Of a stretch of DNA of 64,000 nt, positions 36,188 through 49,558 are shown in pieces. The stretch lies in NCBI GenBank assembly GCA_025201805.1, contig MU619318.1, positions 62,001 to 126,000 on the forward strand, given 5' to 3'. Below the pieces are notes generated by a model that saw only the letters and a list, made by a program, of their open reading frames with translations, was not told the origin of the DNA and did no database searches. Made by a program: the position numbers and the translations under genes. This stretch comes from Parasitella parasitica NRRL 2501. Lineage: Eukaryota > Fungi > Mucoromycota. Each line of letters opens with the position of its first letter. Within the stretch, counting starts at the first letter, position 1.

Positions 36188-39100
36188 ATGAATAGATCTT
36201 CACATAGTACCGAGCAAAGGGCGAACAAGGTACCCAACTATGCTCAAGCTGCCGCAAAGTCACAGCAGCAACCACAACCACAACAAACGCGAGGCCATCA
36301 ACCGCAGCAATCAGCTCCAAACGAGCTGAGACAAGCGCCTTATTCCAAGAATTTAGGTCCAACATACAGAAACACCACTAGTGGTGGTAGCAATTTACAG
36401 CAATCTTATCATGGACACCCGAACTCGTAAGCATTTGTTCTGCGCCTGTTGGGTCGGTGCAAGTATTAATTTGTTGATAAATAGGTCCAATAGCAACAAA
36501 AAGGACAACCCATATGGCAACAGAAAAGAAGCCCCTGTACAGTTGCCAATGGCACCACCTACAGACTCTGGTGAGTTATTTCCATTCACAAGCCCAATAC
36601 ATGATATTGATGTCGCTTGATAGCTCCTATTCAATTTGGATCTATTAATCAACCTGCGAGTGCACCACTACCGCCAACAGCAGCGTCAACACAGCAAATA
36701 TCCATAATAAAAACACCAGTAGATGCTCCAGCCGCTAGCACGCCAGCCGTGAATGATGTAAATGTAAGTGTATTTCATTGTGGAAGTGGTTTGGGGGCTC
36801 ATTCTTCATGTCATAACAGCACCGTCCTCTCCCTAACAACAGCCACCAGACAAGGCAATCGCCTCAGCAGCAGCAAAAAGAGATACCCAGATCACCTCGT
36901 AACACCAGCGATGGTAGATTATTTACTCAACCTTACGCGCCTCGTCGAGATTTCAACCAAGGAGATCAGTATAGCAACAACCGTTATAATAACAATAACA
37001 GCTACAGAAATAATGGATATAGACCTCCTCCACCCCAATATTTACCCAATTCGCCCTACCATCACCAGCATCAGCATCATTATCATCAAGTAAATTACTC
37101 CCCTCAGCAACAGAACTGTCCTCCCTCTCCAATGAGTCACCAAGCCTCGCCAAACATGAGTACATACAACGCAAAGAAAAACAACAGCAACACATCTCCT
37201 CAGCAAAGCTTTCAAACAGCTAATCCGAGCTGGTCTTCTGTAAGCTTCAGTTGGGTAATTCTTTTAGAAAACCACTAACCGTGTGTAATTAGTTTTATCC
37301 TCACTACCCTGTAGCTGTTTCATCTTACAATATGCCTGCCGCAACTCGTCCACCCATCATTACGCCTAATTCTCGCAAACCAATCGCCATCATTGATCCC
37401 AACACAGGCGCCGCGCTCAACACCAGCCCAATGTCTCTAACCTCATCGCCATCAAACCCGCCACCTAAAGAAGAAAAGCATTTGGATTTCGTGAAGCCGC
37501 CGCATGTTTCCAAGGCTGTTGTGATAGTTGATCCTGCTATCCGCGATCGAGAACTGCGTGAAAAACGGGAACGTGAAGAAGCTGAGGAGGAGGCTCTGCG
37601 AAAAGCCGAGGAAGAAAAGAAAGAGGCCGAAAGAAAAGCAATCGAGGACAAGGAGCGGGCGGAAAAGGAAAGATTAGAAACAGAACGCATGGAAAACGAG
37701 CTCAAGGAGTTGGAACGTAAAAAGGAAGCTGATCGTTTGGAAGCAGAACGTTTGGAAAATGAGCGAAAGGAGGCAGCGCGTAAGGAGGCGGAACGAGTAC
37801 GCCTAGCTGAGGAAGCGTCTGCCATTGCTGCTGCTGTTTTAGATAAACAGAAACAGCAAGATGAATTGCGTCGTAGGGCTGAAGAAGAGAAGGAATCGAA
37901 GCGCGTCATCAGTGAGTTAGAGGCTGAAAGGAAGAGACAAGAAGAAGTTTCTGCTCAAAAGGTTGGACGTGTGCCTTCCAGATTGGAAATTCCTTCAAAT
38001 CCCTTGACACAATCACCTGTCTCGTCTCCTGCTGATTTGAAAGATCAACAACATGTGCCTGTCAAGGTCATTGAAGACTTTAGCGCAATACAATATCCTG
38101 CTGGTATCAATCCCCCCGGAGCTCAAGATGGTAAAAAACACTCTTATAGCATCGACTTCTTGCTTCAGTTCCAGCAACTCTGTTTGGACACAAACGAAGA
38201 TTTATCTGCCATCAACTTTAAAGAAATGGAAAGCAGTTCTCGCTCAGGTTCAGTGCACCACTCATCTGACCGAGGAAGAGGAGGCCCTCGTACACCGGGC
38301 GCTTCTCATATGACAAGCGACAACATATTCAAAATGAACTCTCGCGACGGACGTATGGAAATGGGTAAATTCAACATGGGCCGTCCATTGACAAACCGCA
38401 ACAACAGCTCCCATATCGAACGCCAAGGATCACACGGCGGAAGTCGTGGAGGTAGCACGATGCGTGGTGGAAGAGGTGGAGGAAGTGGCATGAAGATCAT
38501 ACGCAACCCAGCTATTCTCAATCCGCAAGGAGCGCCTACCATTCCTATGGAACAAGTGGTACCTCTTGAAAAAAGTGAAAACAGATGGGTTCCTACCGCC
38601 GGTCCACAGCTGGCACAACCTACGGCTGAAGGCGAGCTTATGTCTCAAGAATACATTACCCGTAAAGTGAATGCTTTGCTGAACAAGATCACGCTGGAAA
38701 AGTTCGATTCCATCTCTGCACAGATTTTTGAATATGCTCGTCAATCGATAAAAGAAAACGACGGCAGGTCTCTTCGCACAGTGATGAGTCTGACGTTTGA
38801 AAAAGCCTGTGACGAGCCTGCTTTCGCCAGTATGTGGGCTAAACTTTGTCGATCAATGTACGATGCCATGACAGACGATATCAAGGATACCAATATTGTG
38901 GTTGACCAAAAGCCATCTTCCGGCGCCTCTTTGTTTAGAAAATATCTTTTCAATCGTTGTCAAGTAGAATTTGAAAAGGGCTGGAAAGTTAATTTGCCTG
39001 AGGTAGACGAAGTAGACGGTTTGATGACTGACGAGTACTATGAAGCAGCAAAGGCCAAGCGACAGGGTTTGGGTCTGATTCAATTTATCGGTGAAATGTA

Positions 39101-40402
39101 CAAGCTGGATATGTTGTCTACAAAGATCATGGTCCAGTGTATGAAGCGGCTCTGCGACGATCCCTCAAACGCAGGTGATGAAGAAATCGAATCACTTTGC
39201 AAATTAATCACAACTATTGGTAAAGTGCTGGATAAAAAGACAATAACTCAAGAGGTGTTGAACACTGTCATTGCAACTATGAAAAATCAAATGATGAATA
39301 GCCCCAATTTAACATCCCGAGTCAAATTCATGATTCAAGATGTGATTGACCTACGCAAGGACAAGTGGGTTCCCAGATTGGCAGACAAGCAAGTAGGGCC
39401 CACTACTATTGCAAAGATTCATGAAATGGCAGAGAAGGTGAAAGAAGAGAAGGAAACAGCTGCTATCAAGCGTAATAATAGCTCACGCGGACAATATATA
39501 CCCAATAACAACAATCAATATAACAGCAACCAATATAACAATAACCGTAGCGGCCCTTATCGAAATGGAAAGGAAAATAACAGCCACTATTTCAATAACA
39601 ATGCCAACAGCGGTATTAGCAAAAATAACAACAATAATAGTAGCGATGGTTGGAACACTGTAGCTAATAATGCCAACAGCAAAGGTCGTCCCGCAGATCT
39701 TTCGAACTTCGGTAGAACTGACAGAAGTCGATCAAGAACCAACATCCTTGGCCCTTCCAATAGTCCTTTCCCCAGTTTAAGTCGCGGCAAATCATCTGCC
39801 AACAGCGATACAATAACCACGGACGGCAGATCCAGCCCTGCTACCAACATGTTCAGCGCATTATTGAATGATGGTGAGAAGCAAGAAGAGTATAAGAAGT
39901 TGGATCTAAAACCCAGATCAACTGATAAACCACCCAAACTATCGACCGAAAACGTCAAACGTAAATGTAGAAATATTATCGAGGAATATCTAAGTATTCG
40001 CGATAAAAAGGTATGCTTGCGCAAATTCCAGTTCTGCCGTTTTAATTGACATTTTGCCATTAGGAACTTTCTGAATGCGTCAAAGAGCTGGATGACCCTG
40101 ATTATTTAGTTGTGTTTATCGGTGAAATGTTAACAGCTGTAGAAAAAAAGGCACAGGATGTAGACAACATGTGCAAGACGATCGAGTACCTCGACAGTGA
40201 AAATTTACTGTCCAAGGACTTGTATATCAAAGCATTCAAGCAATTCATGGAAGGATATGATGATTTGACAATTGATGTTCCTCAAGCGCCCAAATATGTG
40301 GCCCAACTTTTATTAGCCTCTTCTGTTTCACCAAAAGAAATTGATGGAGATCATTACGATACATTGCAAAAAGCTTACAAGACTTTGGTGGAGTCCAAGT
40401 AG
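36188..40402 (+). CDS. eIF4G: Translation initiation factor eIF4G
   Basis: eIF4E-binding motif YSIDFLL (38145-38165); MIF4G domain RKVNALLNKITLEKFDSIS...GLIQFIGEMYKL...SRVKFMIQDVIDLR; C-terminal MA3-like DLTIDVPQAP. Confidence 0.95.
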
Positions 40403-40595
40403 TACTCTTTTGTTAGTACTTTTGTTATAAGAATAATGGTGATTCCATTGTGTATAGAGAACCCTCCCTCCCTCCCTTCCCCCCCCCCCCTTTTTTTTTT
40501 GAAGTATAATACATACAAAAAAAGCATAAAATAAAATATTCGCTTGTAATGTTATGAAAACCATTCGTTATTAATTTTATTTTTATTACTACTAT

Positions 40596-42289
40596 TTAAG
40601 CATCCTTTTTGGCAAGCTAGGATAACATGCAAATATTAGCATATAAATACTTGGTCAACATGATTGCACTTACGCGAGCACGAAGAGCTGCCATACGATC
40701 TTTGACGCTTCCTGTGGGCTTAGGTTTTGGCTTTTCCCGTTCAATTTCAGCTTCCTTTGCTTTTTCATGAGCTTCCAATAACTTACGGACCTAACCCATT
40801 TATAAGTATTATATAGTATTATATAAGTTGTTCATGAAGGTCCACTTACACCTGGTGGTATTTTTGTTTCCTTGAGCCATTCCTTTCTGTCAACAACGAG
40901 ATGTAAGCTCGGCAAACTTTTTTCAGGGATAGAAGCATCAGGCTAAATCCCAATGATGAGTACACATACAGTCTGCCTATTTGTAGTAATACCCTCAACG
41001 TACCTCTGGATGGTTGACAAAATATTGCGTAATGGCATCCTTCAAAATATCTGCTCTCTTTTGTAGATCTTTACCAGCTAAGGGCATTGACCAATCTTTC
41101 GTAAATTGGATCAAGTAGGCCTCTGTTGCCTTCCCACCAAAATTTCTTATCTCCTTTACCTCAAGTGTGTATAATTGCGGTGTGACATACATGATTTGAC
41201 ATATATGTGAGAGGGTAATGGTTCTTCTAGTTGAGTTTCTTAAGACTGATTCAATTTGATGGTATAAAGTTGGCTGGTGACGAGCAGCACGATCTGTAAT
41301 AACAATATCAAGAGATTTGCGAAGTTTTTCAAGTGTGCATTTCTCATATTCGATCCTCTGTTTGTCAGCTTTTGTTAGATATTCTTTGTAAGGTGCAATA
41401 TACGTCTGTCGAGGTGGTGTCATGGGCTCGATGAAAGATGATGGCGGTGAAAGCGTGTCCTGGTTTGATAAAGCATCGTCTTCTTGGGCATGTGTTGGAG
41501 ATGTGTTTTCAATTGCTGCACCCACTTCAATTTTTCCACTTTCAACGCTTGAATCAGGCGATCTTGTTGAAACAGGTGAGGTTGTAGGTGATTCTATTCT
41601 GCCTACATTGGTAGTTATATCAATATTTTTTGTAACAATCGTAGTCTCCACTTTTGTGATATTCTTTGTATCTTTAGTTGCAACGTCTTTTGTTTCTAGA
41701 GATATGGAGGGTGTTTCCGCAACTTTTGCGGGGTTTTCTTCAACAGCTACTTCAATTGTGGTTGTCTTCTCTTCTGTTGCGACATTTTTTGAAGATTCTA
41801 CATCATGATGCTGTTTTTGTTTTTTGTTGACCTTATTAGAGGCTGAAACTTCAACTTTACGTTTGATTTTAGTCTCTTTTGCAGTTTTTGCCTCGGTATT
41901 TTTTAAATTTAACACAGTTTGCTTCAAGTCTTTAGAGGCTAAACGAGAAGATTTGCGAGCGACAGGTTTCTACCAAGGATCGTTTACATCTACTTTCAAA
42001 TAAAATAGCTTTGATGAATTACCTCTATTTTTTGTGGTTTTTGGACAATCTAAACATACAAAATATTAGTGTCCTGCCTGCCTCCTGTTTTGCTACATTG
42101 GTAGGAAATTACATGTTCAACTGGTCTGAAAGCCTTGGTTAGTTGTTTATCTTCGAGGTTTTTAACATTTGCTGTTTCATTGTGGCTGATTCTACTTTTC
42201 TAAAGTTTTCATAGGATTAGAGATATATGAATGCAGTTTTTTAGGCAACATACTCTTGCGCGAAACTCGATACGAGATTGTCCCTTCAT
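40596..42289 (-). CDS. Cdt1-like protein: PIP-degron-like N-terminus plus middle winged-helix domain, no C-terminal MCM-binding domain
   Basis: Start MKGQSRIEFRAR|KSRIS. Domain SLDIVI...TLYHQIESVLRNSTRRTITLSHICQIMYVTPQLY resembles the CDT1 middle domain. Ends RMAALRAR|LAKKDA*. Confidence 0.7.
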
Positions 42290-42923
42290 GTTGCTTTGTA
42301 TAGCTTTGTATAAACGCGTTTGTAGATAGAAAAAAAGCCCAGTTTATGTGAAGAATCGAAAAAATTATCTGGGTTAAATGTGACTCCAACACAGGTCCTT
42401 TCGAGCTGAAATTCAAGAAGCTGAACATTGATATAGGATTTAATGAATAACTTTAATGGGTCAGAATATGACATTAACCTCCAAATTTCCTCACATCTTG
42501 CATCAAAAAGACTATGGCATTTGGTGTGCGCGCAATGCTCATTTTTCATTTTTAACATATACTTGTTACAAACGATATTTTTGCTATACCCCCATACCAA
42601 TTGCTTCGAATCTACTTTTAAAATCTAATCAAACTGTATGACTCCAAGAGAGTTTCTCTCATTCATTACATAGAGCCATTGGCTAACTGGCTGTCTGGTC
42701 AAAAGTTTTTGAAATCTATCATAATCTATTTTGCGATATCTGGAATTTTGTGTGGCCTCCAATCTTACATTATGCCTGAGATATTTGCCATGTATTTAAC
42801 TTGTTTTATGCCATCGAGGCTACAGGGGACGACGATATTTTCAACGCTTTGGATATATTTTTTATGATATCTGTTTGATTCAAGAATAAATTCTAACCAC
42901 CCTTTATCAAGCCTTGGCTCCAT
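42286..42923 (-). CDS. Hypothetical small multi-exon protein (about 162-179 aa), candidate Est3/TPP1-like OB fold
   Basis: Exons 42923-42769, 42715-42670, 42624-42563 and 42511-42286 join in frame through 53, 45 and 51 nt GT-AG introns (the third is optional). The family assignment is by-eye similarity only. Confidence 0.45.
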
Positions 42924-45218
42924 TCGCTACTCACAATGATGTTCAGATGTTAGCAACCAATGAAAAGTGCTTGTTGAAATGCTCATATTACTATGAAGAA
43001 AGGTATACTTTTGGTATCAAATTACTTACTTTATAGAGCTGTGTCAAGTACTAGAATTGGTATTGACGTGATATCATCTCCAGATAGAAATTTTTACAGC
43101 TTAAAAGCAAGAACTTTAGTTTTATGCGCCATTTTTTGACTGATTTTCATAACTAAAAATGCCTTGAAAACACCAGAAATAGTATCCATTGGGAAAAAAC
43201 TATATTATATATGATTTTGGTGCAATTTGAGCATGATTTTTTTTCGATGCAAAATGACAGATTTTTTCGATTTTCTCCTTGTATCCACCCATCCAAAATC
43301 ATCGATTATGCATTATCCTCGATTTTGACCTCAAAAATACAACTTTTTACTATAGCATATATTAGAGGAAAATGATCGCAAAAGACCATTCCTTCATCTG
43401 AAAGACTGGAAATGCGCTTTGATTAAGCAAAATATTGACTTTTCCCTCTTAATCTGTTTTGAGGTTTTCTCGACATAATTCCTTCCATGAGTATATGAGA
43501 ATTATGAAAAAATACCAGCGTGTAGAGCGTCCAAAAATACAGCTATTATCATAGACTGACAGCCATGGTATGCATAGTATCAGAGGATGGTATCTTATCC
43601 CAAAGGAGTAATTTTGTTTTCGAAATGTCCAAATGGAGTTTTCTGAAAGAATTTTTTCTTTCTGATTTTGGGAAATTTTTAATCTCCGCTATCAATGAAA
43701 AATGGTGTTGTTTTGAAGAAAGCATTAGCTTTGAGAAGCCACAAATTACCCAATTCAAGAGAAAACAATTTCAAACAAATTTATTTAAATATTGTGCTTT
43801 TCGGCTTTCTAATGGTAGTACTAGCATGTCAGTACCTGGCCTGACGATCTTACGCTCCGATTTTGAAAAATACTTTTCCGAAAAAAAATCAGAAAAGTCG
43901 TTACCTTCATCTGTTGTCAACTTAAAAAGTACAAAAAGTTGCTCTAAGCTATGCAAATATGTAATCAGAAGGTTTCTTGTAGTCTAATGCATTACTTTGA
44001 ATTACTTGCTCTTGTGTCTGATATCGCTAAACATTGTTTTTGTACAGTTTTTGTCTTTTTTTGTTTTTACAATAGCACACTAAAGTCCGCATAGGCCAAA
44101 AAAAAACAGGCGCCTAAAATCCACGTACTAAGCTTCGCAAAGACACACACTTTTAAACTATCCCAATATTATCAAAAATAGCACAGGCTTGACTAGCTGT
44201 TCTACTTTCCAACTGAAGATAGAGAACCCTGCTTGGTATTTGTCTGACAAGACTTTCTACATTAGAAAACACCAGATCAACTGAAGGTATAAGAAAATGC
44301 CAGAGTAAAAGAACAATCTGCCATCAGGATAACACACTCATTCATAAAAATTAATCTGCATAGAAACTCATGAGATCTCAAGCACATAAATGTGTTTATC
44401 TTCAACTTTGCTCTCCATTTCTGAATACAAGTGAAGGTTTTTGATCCAAAGTCAACAGACACACTATCACAGATGGCTGTTAGTTGACAACCGTAACCCT
44501 TGTTAAAGACTAACTTGGACTTGAAAATATGATGTAGATGGCTTTATTCATAGTACATTCTCTTGTATTTTCACTATGAATAAAGCAAAGCAATTTCTCT
44601 TCCAAATCTGACCCAGGTAGCGGATCCTTGATTTCTCATTGGATCATACTGAAATACCGCTGCTTTTCTATCGACATCATAAAGAGAATGTACAATCGTA
44701 TCTAATGTGTCAGATGTAGTTCATTTAACCTTTATACGTTCATTCACATTAGTCAATTCCATGCCGTGAGATATTATTAATTTCAGCAAGATAATTGCAC
44801 GTTTATCAGTCAAAAGATTATGTTTATTGATTTGCTTAAAAATACATTAATAGTTCCATTTATGCAAAAATAAGGTAGAACTTAGTCACCACTAATATAA
44901 TAGTGTAGATAATGTCTTGAAATCAAATCCTGAAACTTTGTGTGTGTTGATTATTCAAGGTTATGATTGTTATTGCTGCTTTCTACGCCCGTGAACACGG
45001 CATTTTTAGAGGGACATTAAAGAAATTTAACCTTAAATCATAACAATATATCGCCAATAACCAATCCTTAAAATCATAAATTACTTAGCAGAGCATATCT
45101 CCTTATCGTGATATAATTACCTAAATCTTAACATTGAATAAAGTTATACAGCATCAACTTCTCTAGCTTTGTTTAAATACAACGACACTTTCTCAATGGT
45201 ATACATTATTTTACAAAT

Positions 45219-46494
45219 CTAATCTCGAAATTTGAGTGTTTCCAACGGCCACTTCGGTAATGTTGTGATTGTATAGTCATCGATAAGACCAGCTTGAAAT
45301 CTCTCAAGTCCAGCCCAAGCAATCATTACACCGTTATCGGTACATAGTTGCGGAGGTGGGCATAATAACGGTAAGTTATAAGTATTTGCTAGGGCTTCTA
45401 ATCTAAGTTGATTTGTTATTCAAATGAAATTTCTCTCTTTATACTTTATGTCTGTTTTCTAACCTGGTTCTGAACAAGGTATTGCTTGCAACACCTCCAC
45501 TTATTACTAATGCGGTTAATGGTTTTTTCAACTGGACGACTTCTTGCTCCAAAGCGAGAGTCAGTTTCTGCTCCAAATGTTGAATACAAGCAATCTGAAA
45601 GGCAGCAGCCACATCAGAGACATCTTGAGGGACCCCCAGATCGACCAAATTGTCTGTTTCGACTAGTCTGGCTACAGCCGTCTTTATACCAGAAAAACTG
45701 AATCCAATAACCGACTTATTCCGCTGGAGCATAGGTGTAGGCAGGCGGGACAAATAGCGTTCTGGATCACCCTGCAAGGCAGCTTTTTCGAGAGCAGCAC
45801 CTGGCCCTCCTCGTCTTCCCTTGATCCAATCTAATTTCAATAATCTCGCTGTTTTGTCAATTGCCTCTCCAACAGCATTATCAAGTGTAGTTCCTAGTTC
45901 ATTATAATTTCCAACATTGTTGCATGTCAATAAAAGCGTATGGCCGCCTGATATCAACAATGTCATAAAAGGAAATGCAGGCGAAAGTTGATTGAAGTGA
46001 TCTGTAGTCAACCTCACTGTCAAAGCATGTGCTTCCTGATTACACCTGAACGTTTAAATAGTGATGCCGTAGGCTTTTAGTTAGGATACTCTTACCATAT
46101 GATGAACACCAATTAGTGGCTTTTTTGAAACGGCAGCTAATGTCTTTGCTGCATTTAGTCCCACTGGCAGACAGGGCGGTAATCCAGGCCCTCTAGTAAC
46201 AGCAATTGCATCCAGGTCTTCAACTGTGAGGCCAGCACTATCAAGAGTCTCACAAATAACACCCGGTAAATTGCGAGAATGGCCCTTACTAGCCAATGTA
46301 GGCACAATTCCACCCATCGGCTCGTGCAATTCTTGTTGTCCTCGAACCACATCGGCCAAGATCTGTCTATCTGAAGTAACGATGGCCGCTGATGTATCAT
46401 CGCATGAAGTTTCAATGCCAAGTACTTTGATAGGTCTAGCGTATTTTGATATTAATCGTCTTGATGAGTAACAAATGGTTCGAATTAAGCTCAT
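45219..46494 (-). CDS. QRI7: Mitochondrial tRNA N6-threonylcarbamoyladenosine transferase (Kae1/TsaD family)
   Basis: Presequence-like N-terminus, [62 protein letters not shown]. Confidence 0.95.
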
Positions 46495-46682
46495 TTTATA
46501 AGGCAGGCTTTATGCAAAAAAAAAAGACCCATGCTGCCCAAGAGTTTTCAAAGTAGCAGTGACTAGGGAGTTTAAAGGGCTGATCTAACTCAGACTTGAG
46601 GGAATAGCATCGCTAGACTATGGAATGGAATGTAAAATAAGGAAGGAAAGTGATATATGATGATGATTATAATGCAAGTGAG

Positions 46683-48009
46683 TCATTGAATTTCGTTCAT
46701 TGCATAAGCCAATGCTAAATGACATTTGAGAGATCGCTGAACGAATGGAAAATCAGGGCTATTAGAATCAGAATGTCTCAAGAAATCTAGAAACAAATTA
46801 AAATCTAGTTTCGCCGTTCTTTACAATGAATTACCTTTAAGCAAAAGGCCATACCGCGTAATCCTTTGAATTGGAGCAATCATATAATCTGATAGCCCCA
46901 TCCGATGTGTTTCCTTTTTGCGCAACGAATCCTAATTTCAACATATTTATATATTCAGGCATTAGACAAAAATAAAGGTATATGTAGATTTGAATACAAG
47001 CGTACCTGAACTAACTGTCTGTAAACTATAGACCTGTCCGCTTTTGCAATACATTTTTGTTGTTTTGGGAAATTAGCAGCATAGCTAATATAAACGTCAA
47101 ATTGATCTTCCAAGTCGCAAAAGACCATGCCAAAATAGCCATGAGTTTCTCCGTTTTCGGTTGTACAAATAGCTTCGTTTAGCCGGTTGACCAATGTAGA
47201 AGACAAATGTATTAATTCGGGGATGAAGGCAAAAATGGTTGTGATATTTTTAATATTAACTAGTGGACGAGGATGTGTCGTGGCGGCCAGCGTTAGCGGA
47301 TCCATAAACATCTAAAACACGTAAAATTATTGTTCAAGTTAATCACATACCAGATACCATTTATCAGGCGCAACAAACCTGCTTTATAATCGTCAGATGT
47401 TCCAAGTATGTCGTTTCAGTAGTTATCAGTTCATTTAATATAAAGTGAAGTAAATGAGGCGATTGACCATGAGGGGACTAAATGTAATTATTTCAGTCCG
47501 AATACGTTGGGTATTATTTCGTGTGAACAAACCATTTTGGAATCTGCCAGATGCTGAGCAAATGTGCTTTTCCATATACCAATCCCTTCTCTTTCTTTTA
47601 GGCATAAAACTCTCTTGTTATTTGATGCTGAAGAACGTTTAAAGCGGAATGGTCGTGATGTGGGCTGTTGATTTTGTTGTTGCGGAGGCGTAATTAATAA
47701 AGATGGGGCAGAATCTGAATAACTTAGCGATGCTCTATCTGATTCAAGAAATCTTTCTCCGTCATTTCTGTGAAAGAGACTGGATTCGAGTAAGGATATC
47801 GATCTGCGAGGAGAGTTATTCGGTCCAAGTTTCTTGAATTTGCTATTTCTTGTAATTGGGGCTGTTTTTGTTTGAACTGGAGTAATTGATGGTCGACATT
47901 GCTCAAATGAGATAGGTAAATTATCTGAAAATAAGGAATCAATGGTTGCAGAGGCCCATTGTTTTGTTTCATATAATGATGTATCCTCGACAGGGGAATG
48001 CGGAGGCAT
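46683..48009 (-). CDS. Dbl-homology (RhoGEF) domain protein without an evident PH domain
   Basis: ELITTETTYLEHL, IFAFIPELI, FDVYISYAANF, MIAPIQRITRYGLLLK. Confidence 0.85.
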
Positions 48010-48136
48010 TGTGTATACTAATTTATATATATGTGTGTATAATTATTAAAAATAATTGCGTAAAAAGTATTATATACAGTAGAAAGAAATAGAAGAAGAT
48101 AGGAAGGAAATTGGTGCCACTACGAAAATGTCGCAC

Positions 48137-49558
48137 TTAAAAGTCAGAGAATAGCTCACGGAAAGGGTCGTCCTTCGGTTGTTCGCGCGAGATCTCATCT
48201 GGATATTTATCAAAATTACTGGTATCATAGTCATTAGAATGAGCTGGTATTAAAGGCGCCTTTAAAAAGAGAAGTTAGTGACACAATGGCTTGCAATTCG
48301 TAATATATATATATATATATATAGCCTACCCGCACTGTCTTGGTCAATAATCCGTGCCAATCTGTAGTACGAAACCATTTGTGCTTCTTTATATCGTCTG
48401 CACCGCCTTTCAGATTTCCCAACCGTTTTGTGCGATCGATAACCAATAGCTTTTTCAATAGATCTCTGGCAGAATTTTCGAAATAGCTTGGATATTGCAC
48501 CTTTCCACCCAAAATATGCTCGTAGATCCCAAAATGGTTGTCATCGTAAAACGGTGGATAGCCTGCCATCATCTCAAATATCAAAATGCCCAATGACCAC
48601 CAATCCACTGATTTGCTATGTCCTTTGCTTTGAATGATCTCAGGAGCCAAATATTCAGGGGTACCACATAACGTCCATGTTCTATCAATTACCTTTTTTG
48701 CAAAACCAAAATCAGTGATCTTTATATATCCTCTATGGTCCAACAAGATGTTTTCAGGCTTCAAATCACGGTAAATGATGTCTTTCGAGTGCAGATATTC
48801 CAAAGCCAGTACAATTTCCGCAGCATAAAACCGAGCTGTATCATTTGGGAATCTGCCTGATTTTCTCAAATGTCTAAACAGTTCTCCTCCAATGACATAT
48901 TCCTGCAACATGAACAAATTCTCGTAATCTTGAAATGTGCAATACCTATGCATTTGCTGAGTAAACCCGCTCATGATCACATGTTAAAATCTGTACCTAC
49001 AGTTGAACAATAAACGGAAAGTTGATTTCTGATAAAACCTGCCTCTCAGAGTTGATGTGCTCCACTTGCTTCAATTTCACAATGTTGGCCTTTTTCAGCA
49101 CCTTGATGGCATAATATTTCTTGGTCTTTCTTTGCTTGGTTAGCCAGACCCTCCCAAAAGTACCAGTGCCTGTGTCTCTCTTTTCAGATATCCAAACTAT
49201 CCGTTATAGTATGCGATTTTTCCTTACCAAGAGTTTCTATCAATTCGTAGTCTTGGATACCAAATGAGGGATAAGGGTCAAATATAGGAGGCTGCTGTTT
49301 CCAAAATTCAAGTTGTTCCTGGTGTGCAATCCATTTCTCTGTCTCTGCCGTCGATTTGATTGTAGTAACGTCGCTAAGATCATCTTTTTTGTTCCAAAGT
49401 CCTTGAATTGTGATAGTTGGACTGAATGAAATGGATGCTAAGCTGCTGGATTTTTGTGAAGCCGATGTTGCTAGTATTTCTTTTGGTGTTTCGTTGCTGG
49501 TTTGATCATTCTTTTTCAAAAATGAAGAGACAAAATTGGAGATTAGCCGTAAGGGCAT
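48137..49558 (-). CDS. pkaC: cAMP-dependent protein kinase catalytic subunit
   Basis: [45 protein letters not shown]-terminal FSDF. Confidence 0.96.
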
